Assembly (NCBI GenBank): GCA_963804645.1
Contig: CAWDRG010000015.1
Span: 416,001-480,000 of the forward strand
Direction of reading: 5' to 3'
DNA length: 64,000 nucleotides
Source of the DNA: an uncultured Bacillota bacterium
GTDB taxonomy: Bacteria; Sysuimicrobiota; Sysuimicrobiia; Sysuimicrobiales; Segetimicrobiaceae
Part shown: positions 60,009 through 64,000 of the stretch, piece after piece
Position numbering within the stretch: the stretch's first letter is position 1
Layout of the letters: each line of letters starts with the position of its first letter
Translations under genes and position numbers: made by a program
Notes under the pieces: model-generated
The model's input: only the letters and a program-made list of their open reading frames with translations
Database searches by the model: none
What the model was told of the DNA's origin: nothing

Positions 60009-61677
60009 GACCGGACCCTGCGGGCAACGAGAAGTAGAATGTCGCCCCCCGGTCGAGTTCGCCCTCGGCCCACACACGTCCGCCGTGGCGGTCGATGATG
60101 CGCTGGATGATCGCGAGGCCGACGCCTGTTCCCTCGAACTCCTCTTCCCGGTGCAACCGTTCAAACACTCCAAAGATCTTGTGGGCGTACTGCATATCGA
60201 ACCCGACCCCGTCGTCCCGCACGAAGTACACGTGGTAGCCCGGTGTGGCGCCCTCGTTGCGCGAGCCCACTTCGATGCGCGCGTGCGCACGGGGACGCGT
60301 GAATTTCAACGCGTTGGAGAGGAGGTTTGTGAACACCTGCTTGAGCAGCCCGAGGTCCGCATAGCAGATTGGCAGATCCTGCACGAACACCTCGATGTCT
60401 CGGCCCTCGTATTCCCCTGCGAGTTGCTCGAGGACTTCGCGCACGAGTTGCGTCGGGGCGAGCAACTGTTTCCTCAGCGCCTGCCGGCCCAGCCGAGAAA
60501 AGAGAAGCAGGTCGTCGATCAGGCGTCCCAGCCGCTCCGCGTTCGCCTGCACCAACCCCAGATACCGCTGCGCTCTATCGTCGAGGGTGCCGGCGGCCGT
60601 ATCAACGAGAATGTGGGCGAATCCGTCGATCGCGCGCAGCGGCCCCCGTAGGTCGTGGGCGACCGAGTAGGTGAACGATTCCAGCTCCCGGTTGGCGGCC
60701 TCGAGAGATGCGGTGCGGTCGGCGATCCGCTGTTCCAGGGCGGCGTTCGCGGCGCGCAGCGCGTCCTGCGCCCGGTTGCGCTCGACGGCGCGGCCCAAGA
60801 GCAGTCCGACATTGCGCACGATGAGCAGAAACAGATCGTCCGCCACGGCGGGCACGTCCGTGAGGAATTCGAGGACGCCTGCGACATCGGTGCCGACGAG
60901 AATCGGGGCCGCGATCGCCGCGCGCACGTCGTTTCGTAGGCGGGAACCCAGCGAACCGGCGGCATCGGTGACCCAGAGCGGCGCCGCACTGGCCCGGACG
61001 CGTGCGACGAGGTCGTCGGGCGGGACGGCGTCCAGGCCTTCCGAACGGAGGCGGAGCGCCCGGAATCGTTCCTCGTCGTTGACGTGCCAGATCCGTGTCG
61101 ACACGAGCCGCGCAGGGTTGTCGTCTGCGGCCAACCAGATATGCCCGACCGGCCATCCCGCGTGCTCGCACACGCGATCAAGCGTCACGCGAAAGAGCTC
61201 CGAGACGTCCGTCGACTCGTTCGCGGCGATGAGCACCCGATGGAGCAGCTCCAACTCGTGCTCGCGCCGCTCGAGCGCTGCATCGGCGCGGTGCCGGTCG
61301 GTGACGTCGCTGATCGCCACAAGGCGGTCCCCGCGACCTCGTCCAACGGACCACGGCGACGCGCTCACTCGCATCGTCCGGCGCTCCCCGGACACGTGGA
61401 ACTCCAGTTCCATGTCCTGGATGTCATCCTGGCCGCTGATGAGTTCGAGGAGCGCCGACCGCAGGTGGGAGAAGTCGTGGGTCGAGCCGGTCCCGCGCAT
61501 CGGCGCCATGTTGAACAATTGGCGGAACGTTCTGTTGACCGCGACCACGCGCCCCGCGCCATCCACCACCAGGAGCGGTTGGTCGAAGGCATCAAGGATC
61601 GAGTCCGGGTCGCTTGATGCTGCCGGTTGTCCGGCGTTGTGAGCGTCGCGAGATGCCATGCACCACACCGCTTCCAT
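60001..61677 (-). CDS. Cytoplasmic PAS-GAF sensor histidine kinase
   Basis: PAS (LLVVD..GRVVAVN), GAF, H-box YSVAHDLRGPL, NLLSNALKF, DDGVGFD, GTGVGLA; start uncertain. Confidence 0.93.
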   Translation of the reverse strand: MEAVWCMASRDAHNAGQPAASSDPDSILDAFDQPLLVVDGAGRVVAVNRTFRQLFNMAPMRGTGSTHDFSHLRSALLELISGQDDIQDMELEFHVSGERRTMRVSASPWSVGRGRGDRLVAISDVTDRHRADAALERREHELELLHRVLIAANESTDVSELFRVTLDRVCEHAGWPVGHIWLAADDNPARLVSTRIWHVNDEERFRALRLRSEGLDAVPPDDLVARVRASAAPLWVTDAAGSLGSRLRNDVRAAIAAPILVGTDVAGVLEFLTDVPAVADDLFLLIVRNVGLLLGRAVERNRAQDALRAANAALEQRIADRTASLEAANRELESFTYSVAHDLRGPLRAIDGFAHILVDTAAGTLDDRAQRYLGLVQANAERLGRLIDDLLLFSRLGRQALRKQLLAPTQLVREVLEQLAGEYEGRDIEVFVQDLPICYADLGLLKQVFTNLLSNALKFTRPRAHARIEVGSRNEGATPGYHVYFVRDDGVGFDMQYAHKIFGVFERLHREEEFEGTGVGLAIIQRIIDRHGGRVWAEGELDRGATFYFSLPAGSGHE

Positions 61678-61869
61678 CACAGAATACCTGGCCGAGGGCT
61701 CGGCGGCCCGGCCGCGCACCCATCGAGGTCCGCGGGCGGTGCACCGCGGCGGCGCGGGGCGCGGCAGGCGTTCGGTCTGCGGTTAGGGTTCTCACTGGTA
61801 TGGCGATCCCCCTCCCGCCAATGCCACTCAGACGTCGCTGGACCATGCCGTTGGTGTCTAGGGGAGGCG

Positions 61870-62526
61870 TCAATTCGGAAGGAGCCGCGAGAGCGCCGGG
61901 AAGGCGGCCTGCACAAAGGAAATCTCGCGCGCGATTGTGGCGTCCACCGAACCCGCGAGCACGGTGTTGATCCGCACGAGCGCCTCGTCGCTGTGCCGCT
62001 CGGTCAGCGCGGTCCAGGCCAGGGTCGCGGTGGCCGGGAGTTCCTTGGCGACCACCTGTCCGTGGATCTGATACCAGTAGACGACGACTTGCTGGACATC
62101 GTCCTTCTGAATGAGGTTGCTGTTGACCACGATCGTACGGGACCCCAGGCGGATCGGGGTGACGCCAGAGCGGGCGATGACCCAGCCGGCGCCCGGCAGG
62201 CAGACCGAGGGCGAATGGACGCGCTCTTGTCCGAGGCGCTGCGCGCCCCAGTAGCCAACGTACAGCCACATCGTGCCGGTCGTCGAGGTCTGATAGCGTC
62301 GCAGGACGTAGTCATCGACGTGCAGCGCGGCAACGATATCGGGATCGAAGTAATCAGTTTCACCGCGCCATGACCCCAAGGTATCCGGGAGTCCTTGAAG
62401 GGGGTGCGTAATAGGCACGTTCTCGGTGCCCAACCCGTTCAGCAACCCTGCGCTCAAGAGAAGCGTCGCGCAGGCGATGACGTAGCTGGGCAGCCACCGT
62501 CGACCCCGTCCGATGTCGGGGGACAC
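61870..62526 (-). CDS. epsI: EpsI-family exosortase-associated protein
   Basis: LP..LGSWRG, LYVGYW, HSPSVCLPGAGW, VVYWYQ, DEALVR; start uncertain (ORF open to 62742). Confidence 0.9.
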   Translation of the reverse strand: MSPDIGRGRRWLPSYVIACATLLLSAGLLNGLGTENVPITHPLQGLPDTLGSWRGETDYFDPDIVAALHVDDYVLRRYQTSTTGTMWLYVGYWGAQRLGQERVHSPSVCLPGAGWVIARSGVTPIRLGSRTIVVNSNLIQKDDVQQVVVYWYQIHGQVVAKELPATATLAWTALTERHSDEALVRINTVLAGSVDATIAREISFVQAAFPALSRLLPN

Positions 62527-62717
62527 GCCGCCTGTCTGAGAGTGGTGCAGCGCGGCCGCCGCGAGGGGCACCCACCGGCGTGCTCGGTTCCATGCGCGCG
62601 CTCCCGCGGCGCACAGGCGGACGCCGAGCCGTGCGGCGAGGGCCGCGTGGCCGACAGCACGCGCGGGCGCGCGCAGCGGGGGCGCAAGGAGGCGCCCCGA
62701 CGGTCCGGAGTATCGCG

Positions 62718-63605
62718 TCACGCGCGTGCCCGCTCCTTCCATCCGAGTAGCAGTCGCGAGAGCACCAGGCCCTCCGCAGCGAGCAGCAAGAACGCGAGCA
62801 CGAAGATCACGAGGCCCGAGAACTCATGATAGAATCCGAGGCCCGCGCCCGGCCCGAAGATTTCCACGAGAACGCCGGTGAGCGTAATCCGCGCGGCGTT
62901 GGTGACGATCGCGATGGGAACCGCCGAGAGGGCCAGAAACACCCGGGGCCCCCAGCGCCGCTGCGTCAAGTAGGCGAAGATGACGGCGAGCGCGAGCAGG
63001 GCGACGAGTGACCGGATGCCGCTACATGCTTCCGTGACTTCCAAGCGCACCGCCGCGAGCGCGATGACGTTGCCTTCGCGGAAGACCGGCACCCCCAGCA
63101 CGTCCAGGGTATTGGTCGCTAACTTGGCCGCCATCGTTTGCAGGGGAAAGGCGACCGCATTCATCACGACGGCCGGTGGCGGAATCATGAACAGTAAGTA
63201 GGCGAGCGGGAACGTGACAATGCGCAGCGCGTCGGCGCCCCGGAGGAACACGATCAGGCCGGCGAGCGCCAGCAAAAACGAGACGCGGGCCGCGTAGCCA
63301 AATGTCGCGGCTTCGCCCACCATGAGCAAGGCGATGCTGGCCACGAGGAGGACGTACCCCCACGCGTTGCCGCGGTCTCCGGAGCGCTGCAGTGCCTCGC
63401 GCCGCTCCCACACGAGATACGCGGTGATCAGGGGAATGACAAATCCGTGGGAGTAATTGGGATCGCTCACCCACTGTGCAACGAGATCCTGCAAGACCGG
63501 AAGGTATAGGTACAGCAACGCGGAGCCAACGGCCACGCCGGGCAACCATCGGGCCGCCGCCACGCGCAGCGCCTCTGGGCCGTCTAGCCGCACCTGCTGC
63601 CACAA
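62718..63605 (-). CDS. xrt: Exosortase (EpsH family)
   Basis: YSHGFVIP, FPLQ, V.REGNVI, EACSGIRS (Cys), NAARI (Arg), YHEFSG (His); multiple TM helices. Confidence 0.95.
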   Translation of the reverse strand: MWQQVRLDGPEALRVAAARWLPGVAVGSALLYLYLPVLQDLVAQWVSDPNYSHGFVIPLITAYLVWERREALQRSGDRGNAWGYVLLVASIALLMVGEAATFGYAARVSFLLALAGLIVFLRGADALRIVTFPLAYLLFMIPPPAVVMNAVAFPLQTMAAKLATNTLDVLGVPVFREGNVIALAAVRLEVTEACSGIRSLVALLALAVIFAYLTQRRWGPRVFLALSAVPIAIVTNAARITLTGVLVEIFGPGAGLGFYHEFSGLVIFVLAFLLLAAEGLVLSRLLLGWKERARA

Positions 63606-63716
63606 GTCCGCGTACCTGAGAATCGCTGCGCCCCTTAGGCCGGCATCGGATGTACCCGCTCAAGACCCAAGGATAACCCGGCGTAGGCCTGTTGGCCTTC
63701 GTTCGATCGAAGGATC

Positions 63717-64000
63717 TCAGAAACTCGGGCGCGGGATGCGGGCGAAAGTGGGGAGCGCGCCGGCGCCCGATCGTTCTGTCTGATCCGTCGGACTTCCGCG
63801 CCCGGCCGAAGGCTCGGGCGATTGCCGGTCCGCGCCCAGATCGATCGGCGCGGCGTCGACGAGATTCCGCTCGATCGCGAATGCCGCCGCGTGTGCGCGG
63901 TTGCGCAGCCGCAGTCGCCGGTACACCGTCCGCAGATGGCTCTTGACGGTCGATTCCGAGAGGAAGAGCTTCGCCGCGATCTCCTTGTCGCCGAGTCCGC
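63717..64000 (-). CDS. NarL/LuxR-family regulator, C-terminal part (gene runs off the window)
   Basis: GLGDKEIAAKLFLSESTVKSHLRTVYRRL; close paralog of the 52075..52794 HTH. Confidence 0.85.
   Translation of the reverse strand, partial: GLGDKEIAAKLFLSESTVKSHLRTVYRRLRLRNRAHAAAFAIERNLVDAAPIDLGADRQSPEPSAGRGSPTDQTERSGAGALPTFARIPRPSF

Overview
High-GC bacterial chromosomal window. The lineage cannot be fixed from sequence alone; the gene style recalls Armatimonadota/CSP1-3-like soil bacteria, which is only an impression. There are three zones. (1) 1-25.4 kb is core-type metabolism: TMEM175-like channel, DCC thiol-disulfide protein, FGGY kinase, amidohydrolase, BtuF-like binding protein, beta-CASP metallo-hydrolase, a GntR-controlled sugar ABC + two BNR/sialidase-fold proteins + RraA-like + GNAT cluster, ATP-grasp ligase, Fpg/Nei glycosylase, M20 peptidase, heterodimeric ABC exporter, O-methyltransferase, TIM-barrel isomerase and TIGR01777 epimerase. 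It ends in tRNA-Ala(CGC). (2) About 25.4-52 kb is a decayed accessory island beginning at the tRNA 3' end. It holds a broken large serine recombinase whose 3' end is duplicated 11.4 kb away, an excisionase, an unannotated Zn-ribbon gene ahead of a DUF104-VapC toxin-antitoxin pair, GH39 and glucoamylase-like hydrolases, GT2, a TylF methyltransferase and a complete group II intron. It also holds a nest of elements: an IS21 inside a beta-CASP gene remnant, which itself carries an IS256 and a three-gene HTH/small ORF/serine recombinase element. An IS630 remnant follows. (3) About 49.8-64 kb is a PEP-CTERM/exosortase locus (PEP-CTERM substrate, exosortase, EpsI, long TPR protein) flanked by NarL/LuxR regulators and a PAS-GAF kinase/receiver pair rather than the canonical sigma54 PrsK/PrsR. 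Many otherwise intact genes carry single-base frameshifts that may be sequencing errors, so pseudogene calls are provisional. All family calls come from motif recognition by eye; no searches were run.
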